Assembly: GCA_965217775.1 (NCBI GenBank)
Contig: CBDCJH010000002.1
Coordinates: 5,984,001 to 6,048,000 of the forward strand
Source: Acidobacteriota bacterium
GTDB taxonomy: Bacteria; Acidobacteriota; UBA6911; RPQK01; JAJDTT01
DNA length: 64,000 bases
Reading direction: 5' to 3'
The position numbers and the translations under genes were made by a program. The first letter of the stretch is position 1. The number at the start of each line of letters is the position of its first letter. Below, piece after piece: positions 28,432 to 37,362 of the stretch. The notes beneath the pieces were generated by a model, which worked only from the letters and a program-made list of their open reading frames with translations, was not told where the DNA came from and did not search any database.

Positions 28432-29670
28432 TCAGCGCCGCTTCCTCAGGTCCAGGCATGCGATGTGGTGATGGTCACGGGCATAGATCCGTCCTCCCGC
28501 CAACGCCGGCGGGCTCCAGGCCCGGTGCTGGAGAATCTTCTTCATGCCCGTCTGCCGGTAACCCTCCGGTGTGGCTTGCACCATGGCGATGTGACCCTGT
28601 TCTCCCAGGACGATGAGGTGGCCCTGAGCCGCGATCAGGGAACCCTTGCCCACGCTCCGATGGGCCCAGAGGACCTCCCCGTCCGTCAGCCGCATGCACT
28701 TGAGGACCGAATTGTCGAACCCGTAGAGGTATTCTCCCACCAAGACGCACCCGTTGTAGTGGTTCTGCATGGTCTCCTGGGTCCAGACGAACTTGGACTG
28801 CACGGTGTCGCCCTTCGGGGTCAGACGCAGGAGGCCGCTTCCGGTTCCCCGTCCCGAGGAGATGAACAGGAACGGACTGGCGAAGATGGGGGTGGCGATG
28901 TTCATGTCCGAGGTGGTCCGCCACTCATGCTTCCAATGGAGCGTCCCGTCTCGCGGCGACAGGCCCATGATGGCGCGTCCCCCGAAGAAGACGACCTCCC
29001 GGATGCCGCCCACGGTGATGGCGATGGGGGAGGAGTAGCCGGCCACCTCGTCCAGCGCCTTCCAGATCACCTTCCCCGTCTCCTTGTCGAAGGCAACAAC
29101 GGAAGCTCCCGGGGCTCCCACGTTGACCAGGAGCATGTTCTCTTCCACCAGAGGAGAGGTGGAAACGCCCCAGGTCAGGTTCTCAGCATCCATCTCTTCC
29201 AGGATCTCTCGTTTCCAGATAACCCTTCCTGAGCGCTTGTCCAGACAGAGCAGCGTTCCCGTCGCTCCCAGGGCATAGACCCGCGGACCGTCGACGGTGG
29301 GCGTCGAGCGGGCACCGTTGCCCCCTTGGTATTCCTTGTACGAATCCGCCGACAGCACCTTCCAGAGTTCCAGTCCGGTGCCCGTATCCAGGCACACGAC
29401 CCACTCCTGATCGTTCCGGTCGATCATGGTGTAGAGGCGTCCCTGGGAGACGGAGATCGAAGAAAAACCCTCGCCTCCTTCCACCTTCCAGACCAGGGGC
29501 GGACCCGGCTGGGACCAGGCGGTGATGATCCCTTGTTCTCGGGAGATCCCGTCGCGGGCCGGGCCGCGCCATTGGGGCCAGTCGGCGGCGGCGAGCTCCG
29601 CTGCCGTCAGGAAAAGCGCAGGCGGCGCGAAGAAAATCAGTGCAAGGAGAGTTCTGTTCCAGGTCTTCAT
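28432..29670 (-). CDS. Secreted PQQ-binding-like beta-propeller repeat protein
   Basis: Signal peptide, then DWPQWRGP and repeated LD..TG..W, STP, YSSP and WSPP motifs. Start placed at MKTWN. Confidence 0.88.
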   Translation of the reverse strand: MKTWNRTLLALIFFAPPALFLTAAELAAADWPQWRGPARDGISREQGIITAWSQPGPPLVWKVEGGEGFSSISVSQGRLYTMIDRNDQEWVVCLDTGTGLELWKVLSADSYKEYQGGNGARSTPTVDGPRVYALGATGTLLCLDKRSGRVIWKREILEEMDAENLTWGVSTSPLVEENMLLVNVGAPGASVVAFDKETGKVIWKALDEVAGYSSPIAITVGGIREVVFFGGRAIMGLSPRDGTLHWKHEWRTTSDMNIATPIFASPFLFISSGRGTGSGLLRLTPKGDTVQSKFVWTQETMQNHYNGCVLVGEYLYGFDNSVLKCMRLTDGEVLWAHRSVGKGSLIAAQGHLIVLGEQGHIAMVQATPEGYRQTGMKKILQHRAWSPPALAGGRIYARDHHHIACLDLRKRR

Positions 29671-29711
29671 CAGGTGTCTCCGATCCGTATCTCCCACCAC
29701 CCGTCCGATTC

Positions 29712-30134
29712 TCATGACGTGTCGCCCGGATTCCGATGTTGGACACGGGACCGGCCCCGATGGACGGCCGGCGGTTCGCCCTCCAGGTAGGTGGTCCCCA
29801 GAAAGGGGTCCTTGACGGGAAAGAAGGCCATGATCCGGGCCACTCCGGGACCGACGTTGGTGAATCCGTGGGGGGTGCGGGCGGGGACGACGACCGTGTG
29901 GTCGGGACCGACCCGATGCGTTTCGGAGCCCAGGCGGAACTCCAAGGTCCCCTCCTGGACCACGATGAACTCCTCGGCCTCGTGAAAATGAAGCGGCGCC
30001 CCGGCCCCCGTTCCCACCAGGGCCCAGGAAACGCTGCTGGTGGTGGTTCCGTCCCCGTCGCGGGTGATGTCGTAGCTCCGGTAGTTGGGTCTCCAAGCCT
30101 TCTCGGGCAGGCTGCGGTGCTCTACTATGGGCAT
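29712..30134 (-). CDS. Cupin-domain protein
   Basis: PLHFH..EE and VPARTPHGFTN cupin motifs. Confidence 0.88.
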   Translation of the reverse strand: MPIVEHRSLPEKAWRPNYRSYDITRDGDGTTTSSVSWALVGTGAGAPLHFHEAEEFIVVQEGTLEFRLGSETHRVGPDHTVVVPARTPHGFTNVGPGVARIMAFFPVKDPFLGTTYLEGEPPAVHRGRSRVQHRNPGDTS

Positions 30135-30199
30135 GGGTCTCGGCTCCCTTTCGGCTCCTGGGATTGTAGCCGACCCGCCGCTGGAAGAGAATCCGCGAC

Positions 30200-31789
30200 A
30201 TGTCTAAAACCACTGCCGGGAACTTGGTCGACTGCCTGTTGAAATGCGGGGTACGCTACTTGTTCACCCTGTCCGGGAATCAGATCCTCTCCCTCTACGA
30301 CGCCACCATCGGCCGGGACCTGGAACTGATCCACACCCGCCACGAGGCGGCCGCGGTGCACATGGCCGATGCGTGGGGCCGGTTGCAGGAAACACCAGGG
30401 GTCGCCGTAGTGACGGCGGGACCCGGGCACTGTAACTCCGTCGGAGCCCTCTACGTGGCGCAACAGGCCGAGTCGCCTCTGGTCCTCATCAGCGGACACT
30501 CGCCCCTGAGCCAGTTGGGGAAGGGCGCCTTCCAGGAGATGGACCAGATCGCCATCGCCGACCCCGTGACCAAGGCATCCTGGCGGGTCGATTCCCCGGA
30601 ATGGGCGGGAGCCGCGCTGGAGCAGGCTCTTGCTCTGGCCGGCTCGGGGAGGCCGGGGCCGGTTCATCTCAGCGTCCCCAGCGATGTCCTGTCGTCGAAG
30701 GTCGTGTTCCCTGAAAACATCAGTCCTCAACCGGATCCGTGCGAGTCCATTAAAAAGGATGAAGCGGAGCATGTGCTTCGGCTTCTGGCCAGGGCCCGGA
30801 GGCCTCTCCTGTTGGCCGGCGCCGCCATGTCCCGGCCGCTGCGGTGGCGGGCGGTCATGAAACTCTCCGGTGCCTGTGGCGCGCCGGCCCTCAAGATGGA
30901 GAGTCCCCGGGGCGTCAACGACCCCAGACTCTATGGGGCATCCCGTCTGCTGGGCCGCGCCGACCTGGTGCTGCTCTTCGGGAAGGCTCTGGACTTCGCC
31001 CTCCGCTTCGGCGGGCCTCCCTTCGCGCCCGATTGCAGGTTCGTCGGCATCGGCTCGGAGGAAAGCCTCGCGGTGGCCCAATCCAGGATGACGCTGAGTC
31101 TGCGGGCCGACCCCGTCGCGTCAGCCTTGTCACTGGCGCGCCAGTTGCACACAAACGGCTCCGCCTTCGATTCCTGGCGCCACGCCGTCGAATCGGGCCG
31201 CTCGGAGAGGCCGGACCCGTGGAAACGGTGGCGATCATCCTCGAAGAGTCCCATGCATCCTCTCCGCCTCTGCGCAGGCCTCCGGCCGTTCCTGACCGAC
31301 GGCGCCGTGGTGGTGAGCGACGGAGGCGAGTTCGGTCAGTGGGCGCAAGCCGGACTCGACTCCCGGGTGGGCCTGATCAACGGTCCCTCGGGCGCCATCG
31401 GAAGCGCCATCCCCATGGCGCTGGCCTGCAAGCTGGCCCGGCCCGAGCAACCGGTCTTCGCCTTGCTGGGGGACGGGACCTTCGGATACCACGCCCTGGA
31501 ATTCGATACGGCCCTACGTTATGGGCTTCCCATTGTCGCCGTCGTGGGCAACGACGCGCGCTGGAACGCCGAATACCAACTCCAGTTGGACCATTACGGG
31601 CCCGAGCGAACCGTGGGCTGCGAGCTTCTTCCCACCCGTTATGACCAAGTGGTCGAGGCTCTGGGCGGCCACGGAGAGTGGGTGTCGGAGCCGGAACAGC
31701 TCGAACCGGCGCTGGAACGAGCCCTCGATTCGGGTCTCCCCGCCTGTGTGAACGTCGCCATCAAGGGCGTGAAAGCTCCTACGTTCTAA
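30200..31789 (+). CDS. Thiamine pyrophosphate-dependent enzyme (ALS/lyase-like)
   Basis: RHEAAAVHMAD, TAGPG, FQEMDQ, GPVHL and the TPP motif GDG...GNDARW. Confidence 0.92.
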   Translation: MSKTTAGNLVDCLLKCGVRYLFTLSGNQILSLYDATIGRDLELIHTRHEAAAVHMADAWGRLQETPGVAVVTAGPGHCNSVGALYVAQQAESPLVLISGHSPLSQLGKGAFQEMDQIAIADPVTKASWRVDSPEWAGAALEQALALAGSGRPGPVHLSVPSDVLSSKVVFPENISPQPDPCESIKKDEAEHVLRLLARARRPLLLAGAAMSRPLRWRAVMKLSGACGAPALKMESPRGVNDPRLYGASRLLGRADLVLLFGKALDFALRFGGPPFAPDCRFVGIGSEESLAVAQSRMTLSLRADPVASALSLARQLHTNGSAFDSWRHAVESGRSERPDPWKRWRSSSKSPMHPLRLCAGLRPFLTDGAVVVSDGGEFGQWAQAGLDSRVGLINGPSGAIGSAIPMALACKLARPEQPVFALLGDGTFGYHALEFDTALRYGLPIVAVVGNDARWNAEYQLQLDHYGPERTVGCELLPTRYDQVVEALGGHGEWVSEPEQLEPALERALDSGLPACVNVAIKGVKAPTF

Positions 31790-31854
31790 GTCGTTTTTCG
31801 AGCCTCCCCGGCATTCTTGACCCCCTCTTCGGGGCCGGGATAGACTGCGCCCTC

Positions 31855-32952
31855 ATGAATTCCGATTCCCTGCAGGAGCAGGCCCGGTCCCGGTGCGAAG
31901 AATTGGACGCGCACGTCCGGGCCATGGTCCAGTGGCATTTCGATCCCGAGACCGGATGTCCCTTCTGGCTCGACTGGGCCGGCAAGGCGGACTGGGATCC
32001 GCGCGAAGAGGTCAAGGGTTTGGACGACCTCTCCCGCTTCGGCCGGTTCGACGACAACTGGCTCCGGGGCGGACCGGTTCGGCGCTGGGTCCCCCGGGCC
32101 TATGCGCAGGATCCCATTTTCGTCTTCGAGACCGGAGGGACCACCGGCACCCCCAAGAGCCGGGTCAACGTGCGGGATTTCCGGGTGGACTACGAACTTT
32201 TTTCCGAGACTCTGCCGCCGGAGCGTTTCCCCCTGAATTCCAACTGGCTCATGTTGGGTCCGTCGGGACCGCGGCGTCTCCGCCTGGCCGTGGAGCATCT
32301 GGCCCACCATCGCGGCGGAATCTGCTTTTGCGTGGATCTGGACCCTCGCTGGGTCATCAAGCTCATCAAGAAGGGGTGGACGGACCACCTGAAGGCCTAC
32401 CAGGACCACGTGATCGATCAGGCTCTGACCCTGCTCTCCGCCGGCCACGAGATCCGTTGCCTGTTCACCACACCCAAGCTGCTCGAGGCGCTGTGCGACC
32501 GGCTGGAAGATCAGGGGACCAGCCTGCGCGAAGCCGGAATTACCGGTATTTTCTCCGGCGGGACCGAGTTCACGCCCCAGTGGTACCGATTCGCAGTCGA
32601 GGAACTCCTGGACGGCGTCTATATGACACCGACCTACGGGAACTCGCTCATGGGTCTGGCCGGCTCCAAGGCATTCGACCCGGCGGAGAACTACAAGATC
32701 ACCTACTATGCGCCCCAGCCCAGGGCGATTCTGAGGGTCGTGGACTTTGACGACCCGGAAAAAGTCGTCGGCTATGGCGAGACAGGCAGGGTCCTGTTGA
32801 CCACCCTGACCCCCGAGTTGTTCATTCCCCAGTTTCTGGAAAGGGACGAAGGGGAACGGGAGCCTCCCTGTGCGCAGTATCCCTGGGACGGCGTCAGCGG
32901 CGTTCGGCCCTTTCACCGCTTTGCCGCCACCACGACGGTTGGTGTTTATTAG
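31855..32952 (+). CDS. Short adenylate-forming-like protein resembling EhpF/GriC
   Basis: AMP-binding-like ETGGTTGTPK, GGTE, TYGN and ERDEG; about 365 aa, lacking a full ANL N-terminal domain. Confidence 0.7.
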   Translation: MNSDSLQEQARSRCEELDAHVRAMVQWHFDPETGCPFWLDWAGKADWDPREEVKGLDDLSRFGRFDDNWLRGGPVRRWVPRAYAQDPIFVFETGGTTGTPKSRVNVRDFRVDYELFSETLPPERFPLNSNWLMLGPSGPRRLRLAVEHLAHHRGGICFCVDLDPRWVIKLIKKGWTDHLKAYQDHVIDQALTLLSAGHEIRCLFTTPKLLEALCDRLEDQGTSLREAGITGIFSGGTEFTPQWYRFAVEELLDGVYMTPTYGNSLMGLAGSKAFDPAENYKITYYAPQPRAILRVVDFDDPEKVVGYGETGRVLLTTLTPELFIPQFLERDEGEREPPCAQYPWDGVSGVRPFHRFAATTTVGVY

Positions 32953-32996
32953 TTCCTTACTCCCGAGATCTTGTGCAAATGGACGAAGAATGTTTG

Positions 32997-33021
32997 GTAG
33001 GGGCGCCCCTTGTGGGCGCCC
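32997..33021 (+). repeat. GTAG-type REP-like palindrome
   Basis: GTAG-GGGCGCCC-CTTGT-GGGCGCCC; the first 12 bp recur at 2543-2554. Confidence 0.55.
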
Positions 33022-33202
33022 TCTTCTGTCCAAAGCGGAGCAAGATGGGGCCAGACAAAGAGTCGGCGGGTGGAAAGCCGTCGCTCCAGCAATGAGATTC
33101 TGGTTCCGGCTGTGCCGGGTCAGGGTCTTGGACTCTAGATCTCAGGCGCCAAATCAATTCGGACCGTAGTAGACTGACGAGTCATAATCCGGGAGGGGTT
33201 CG

Positions 33203-34627
33203 GTGATCCATTTTCCCATTCTTCGCTGGGGCAAGCCCTACAAGAGCCTGGAAGTGGACCAGGTTGTCCACTTCATCTCCGGGGAGCCAATGGCGGAAGT
33301 CAGCCAGGCCATCGGCGGGATGATCGCCCGCGACATGCGAAAAGGGCAGCGGGCCCGGGACGCCCTCCGGGAGATCCCGATTCGGGAGTTGATCGACCGG
33401 GTGTCTCAGGCGGCGGATCTGTTCATGTCCGCCGAGCTTCCGGCCGGGGATGGTAGCCAGACTCCCGACGAGTTCGTGCGGTACCAGTCGGCGACCACCG
33501 GCTTGCCCGAGCACATGTGCCGCCAGAACATGGAGAAGCTTCACTTCGTCCTGACCTCCATGGAGCAGATCCTGGACGCTCTGACGCGAGGCCTCGATCT
33601 ATCCATATTGACTGCCGGTTATGGAGAGGAAAACGGTGTCGTCCGGAGCTTTCAGGCCACGACCCCGGTGCTGGGCATGGTGCTCCCGTCCAACTCGCCC
33701 GGTGTGCACGGCCTTTGGCTCCCCGTCATTCCGCTTCAGGTCGGTCTGGTGCTCAAGCCCGGGCCCCAGGAGCCGTGGACCCCGTACCGGATGAGCGAAG
33801 CCTTCTTCCAGGCGGGCATCCCCCGAACCGCCATCTCCCTCTATCCGGGGTTGGGGGACGTGGGTGCGGCCGTCCTCCAGCACTGCACCCGGAACCTCAT
33901 TTTCGGCGGAACCCCGACCATCGAGCAGTACGGCAACAATCCACGGGTTCAAGTGCACGGACCCGGATTCAGCAAGATCCTGCTGGGAGACGACCAGGTC
34001 GACGACTGGGAAAGCCATCTGGATCTCATGGTGGACAGCGTCCTGATCAACAGCGGCCGAAGCTGCATCAGTTGCTCGGGTATCTGGGTCTCGCGCCACG
34101 GCCGGAAAATCGCTGACGCTCTGGCCCAACGTCTAGGACCCGTTGCGCCCAAGGACCCCGTGGACCCGGATGCCCAGTTGGCCGCCTTTACGGTTCAGGG
34201 CCAGGGAGAAGCCATCGACGGGGGCATCGAGCAGGGGCTTCGGGAGCCCGGGGTCGAGGACGTGACGGCCCGGTACCGCGACGGCGACCGCTTGATTTCC
34301 CGGGAGCGCTGCTCCTACCTGCGGCCTACGGTGATCCACTCCCCGTCTCCGGAAGCCACCCTGGCCAATACCGAGTACATGTTCCCCTTCGCCAGCGTGG
34401 TGGAATGCCCGCAGGAGGAGATGCTGGACCGCATCGGCGACAGCCTGGTGGTGACGGGCATCACGGAAGATTCCGCATTCCGCCAGAAGCTCATGGATTG
34501 TCCCCACATCGACCGCCTCAACCTGGGCCCCATCCCCACCATCCGCCTCAACTGGCTCCAACCTCACGAGGGGAACCTGGTGGACTTCCTCTACCGCGCT
34601 CGAGCCTTCCAGACCACGGCCGGCTGA
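33203..34627 (+). CDS. Aldehyde dehydrogenase-fold acyl reductase-like protein (GriD/LuxC-like)
   Basis: PSNSPG, LKPG, FGG, GPGFSK, catalytic NSGRSC and EYMFPF; GTG start. Confidence 0.8.
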   Translation: MIHFPILRWGKPYKSLEVDQVVHFISGEPMAEVSQAIGGMIARDMRKGQRARDALREIPIRELIDRVSQAADLFMSAELPAGDGSQTPDEFVRYQSATTGLPEHMCRQNMEKLHFVLTSMEQILDALTRGLDLSILTAGYGEENGVVRSFQATTPVLGMVLPSNSPGVHGLWLPVIPLQVGLVLKPGPQEPWTPYRMSEAFFQAGIPRTAISLYPGLGDVGAAVLQHCTRNLIFGGTPTIEQYGNNPRVQVHGPGFSKILLGDDQVDDWESHLDLMVDSVLINSGRSCISCSGIWVSRHGRKIADALAQRLGPVAPKDPVDPDAQLAAFTVQGQGEAIDGGIEQGLREPGVEDVTARYRDGDRLISRERCSYLRPTVIHSPSPEATLANTEYMFPFASVVECPQEEMLDRIGDSLVVTGITEDSAFRQKLMDCPHIDRLNLGPIPTIRLNWLQPHEGNLVDFLYRARAFQTTAG

Positions 34628-34667
34628 CGGTCTAGCACGACGGTCGACGTGACGTTTCCGGCCGGCA

Positions 34668-35560
34668 TCGTCCCCGCTCAGAACCAGCTTGTGCCCAAAG
34701 GCCGTTTCCCGGCTCCCCCTTTTTGATGATGTCTGTAACCTTCTCCCCCCCAAAGGACCCGACGCTCGGGCTGATCGATGACCCGCTTCGTCAGTCCCGG
34801 TAATGACGGCGTCTGCCGGCGATGACCACTCCGGGAAGGTCCGTGAAGTGATCCGCTTGCCGCAGGGCCATCTTGGCGTAGTGAGTGGTCTTGCAAGCGA
34901 CCTTCAGCAGATCCCCATTTGCTCGCAGACGACACTGCCCTCCATGGTTTTTGATCTGCAGACACGGGTGCTTGGCCCGGTGCTGGTGATCCCGAAAGAC
35001 GATCTTATGGTCTCGGGCCAGGCGGTGAAGCAGCGTGGTGAGGACTCGTTTCGAATCGGTAAGCAACTGGGAACCGAACGGATAACGGATCGGACTTTCG
35101 ACGGCCGTGGCATCGACCGTACATATTGCGTTCTCGCTCTAGTCCCTGATGATCCGCCCATCGTACTAGAAGCCGATTTATCTGCTGTCGGGTGCCGGCT
35201 TGGATGCGGCTGATGTTCTCCTGGAGGCAGGAGGCACTGGGGGTCCAGTGAAAAGGAGGCCTGACGAAGCGACAGTAGCACTGAGGGGGGTCAAGAGAAA
35301 CGCCAGCTGGGTGTAGGGTAATTGCTACCAGCGCTTGTGGACGGCGGCGCGCAGGACCTGCTCCGCGGAGAGACCGGGAACCACCTGACCAGAGCTGGCG
35401 TTGTCACACAGATCTTGTAAAAACAGCTCCAGGATCGAGGGTTTATCATCTATGATCTGGGAAACGGCTTCCAGTACCTGGGCGAGTCGGTGATCGGGCC
35501 ACAAGCCGGAAGCGGAAGCGAGTATTCTCGGTATCGACGCATTGTCCAAGCCCTCAGTTT
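34668..35560 (-). pseudogene. Decayed IS5/ISNCY-type transposase
   Basis: Pieces in different frames: PDHRLAQVLEAVSQIID...GLSAEQVLRAA(stop), LQENISRI, VDATAVESPIRYP, RVIDQPERRVL and RETAFGHKL. Boundaries approximate. Confidence 0.8.
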
Positions 35561-35631
35561 TGTGTAAGTCACTTTGGAGGGATTTTCCTACTCCAGCGGA
35601 AACGGCTCCCGTACCATGAACACCCGAAGAT

Positions 35632-36153
35632 TTGTGGGGCACTATTCCGGAACGGATTCTCATCACTCTGGACCGGTACTCCAACATACGTGTGACCGAT
35701 ACCTTCATCTGCAAGGCCAAGCTCCGCAACAAGCCCTGCAAGCTCTGCGGCAGCCGAAGCCTGTATTTCGAAATCTCTCCGCACGTCACCGAGGCTTGGC
35801 CCTTCAAGCACCGCTTCACCGGCAAGGAGAAGCGGTATTCCATGGGGAACTATCCCGAGGTTTCGCTGAATCTCGCATGTCGGCGGAGGGACGAGCCCCG
35901 CAAGTTTCTGGCCCGGTACATCGACCCGAGCGCCTATCGCAAGGTCCAGAAGCAGTCGAAGCGGCGGCGGGCCGTGAACAGCTTCGAGGCGGTCGGGGAA
36001 TGGCTCGCGGAGCACGCGCCCGACTCGTCCACGGATCACGATCAGCGGCTTTTGGGCCGGATGCCCTGGGCCTTGCCTCGCCGAGATCATCGAAGGCTTT
36101 GGAGGCCGACGGAACCAAGCGGACGTTTGCGCGCGGGGTGTCTAACGAAGTAG
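35632..36153 (+). pseudogene. P4-type tyrosine integrase N-terminal arm-binding domain remnant
   Basis: VTDTFICKAK...KPCKL...LYFEISP...RFTGKEKRYSMGNYPEVSL...IDPS...NSFEAV; no catalytic domain follows. Confidence 0.8.
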
Positions 36154-36247
36154 GGTCACGTAACCTCGTGCTTGATCCGCGTCCCGTCTCCGATTCTCTT
36201 TGTCAAGTCGCCTCGCACCGACCTGCTGCCGTCGTACCTGCGCGATC

Positions 36248-37357
36248 ATGAACCCACAAGGCGACCACGTAACGAACGGCGAAGGCCCCCCGAACCGGGG
36301 TGTGAAGGTGTTCGACTTCTTCTCCGGTTGCGGCGGTGCCAGCCAGGGATTCCAGGACGCTGGGATGGAGGTGGTGTTCGCACTCGACTGGAACGCAGAC
36401 GCTGGGCGCACCTTCAGGCAGAACTTTCCCTCAGCCACTTTTAAAGCCGGTGACATTCGGCAAATTGAGGAGAATGCCGTCCGCAAGCTCGTTGACCGAG
36501 AAAGGCCTCATCCCGTGCTGTTCTGTGGATGCGCCCCGTGCCAGCCGTTCTCCAGGCAGAACACCACTCGTCCTAGGCCCGACGAGGACGAACGGGTACC
36601 GTTGCTTCTTGAGTTCCTGCGCTTTATCCAGAAGTGCGAGCCCGACATCGTATTTGTGGAGAATGTCCCGGGAATCCAGGATGTTTGTCCCGACTCGGAG
36701 CCGCTCAGTGCGTTTCTTCAGGGCTTGGAGGACGCTGGATATTCGGAACCAGCGTACGCTTCGGTGCCCATGAAGCGGTACGGAGTGCCGCAGGGCAGAC
36801 GCAGATTCCTTTTGCTCGCTAGTCACCACGGGCCGGTCGGACTCCCTCCCGAAACCCACGGGCCGGGGACGGCCAACCGAAAGTTCGCCACCGTGCGCGA
36901 TTGGATAGGCCACCTTCCCGAGATACGCGCTGGCCAGACCCACCCCGAGATCTCCAACCACCGCGCGGCCGGGCTGTCCGTGCTCAACCTCAAGCGCATC
37001 CGCGCGACTTCTGAGGGCGGCGGCAACCGGGATTGGCCGGACGCCCTCCGGCTCGCCTGCCATCAGGAAGCGACGGGGTACAGCGATGTCTACGGCCGCA
37101 TGTTGTGGGACCAGCCCGCTTCCGGGCTGACCACCCGATGCATCAGCTACTCCAACGGTCGCTTCGGTCATCCTGAGCAGGATCGTGCGATCAGCGTCCG
37201 GGAAGCCGCTTGTCTGCAGACGTTCCCGATGGATTTCCTTTTTTCAGGTAGCCTGAGTTCGATGGCTCGGCAAATCGGTAATGCCGTACCTGTGAGGTTG
37301 ACGACCGTCGTTGGACGCCACGTCACAAGACACTTGGCCAAGGCGGGCTTGACCTGA
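36248..37357 (+). CDS. DNA (cytosine-5) methyltransferase
   Basis: Motif I FSGCGG, motif IV PCQPFS, ENV, QGRRR, motif IX RAISVREAACLQTFP and motif X QIGNAVP. Confidence 0.96.
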   Translation: MNPQGDHVTNGEGPPNRGVKVFDFFSGCGGASQGFQDAGMEVVFALDWNADAGRTFRQNFPSATFKAGDIRQIEENAVRKLVDRERPHPVLFCGCAPCQPFSRQNTTRPRPDEDERVPLLLEFLRFIQKCEPDIVFVENVPGIQDVCPDSEPLSAFLQGLEDAGYSEPAYASVPMKRYGVPQGRRRFLLLASHHGPVGLPPETHGPGTANRKFATVRDWIGHLPEIRAGQTHPEISNHRAAGLSVLNLKRIRATSEGGGNRDWPDALRLACHQEATGYSDVYGRMLWDQPASGLTTRCISYSNGRFGHPEQDRAISVREAACLQTFPMDFLFSGSLSSMARQIGNAVPVRLTTVVGRHVTRHLAKAGLT

Positions 37358-37362
37358 CGGCG

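Noticed and set aside
34803-35213. CcdB-like toxin ORF (DLQTRVLGPV)
   Set aside because: The opposite strand carries clear transposase pseudogene motifs, so this is a shadow ORF.
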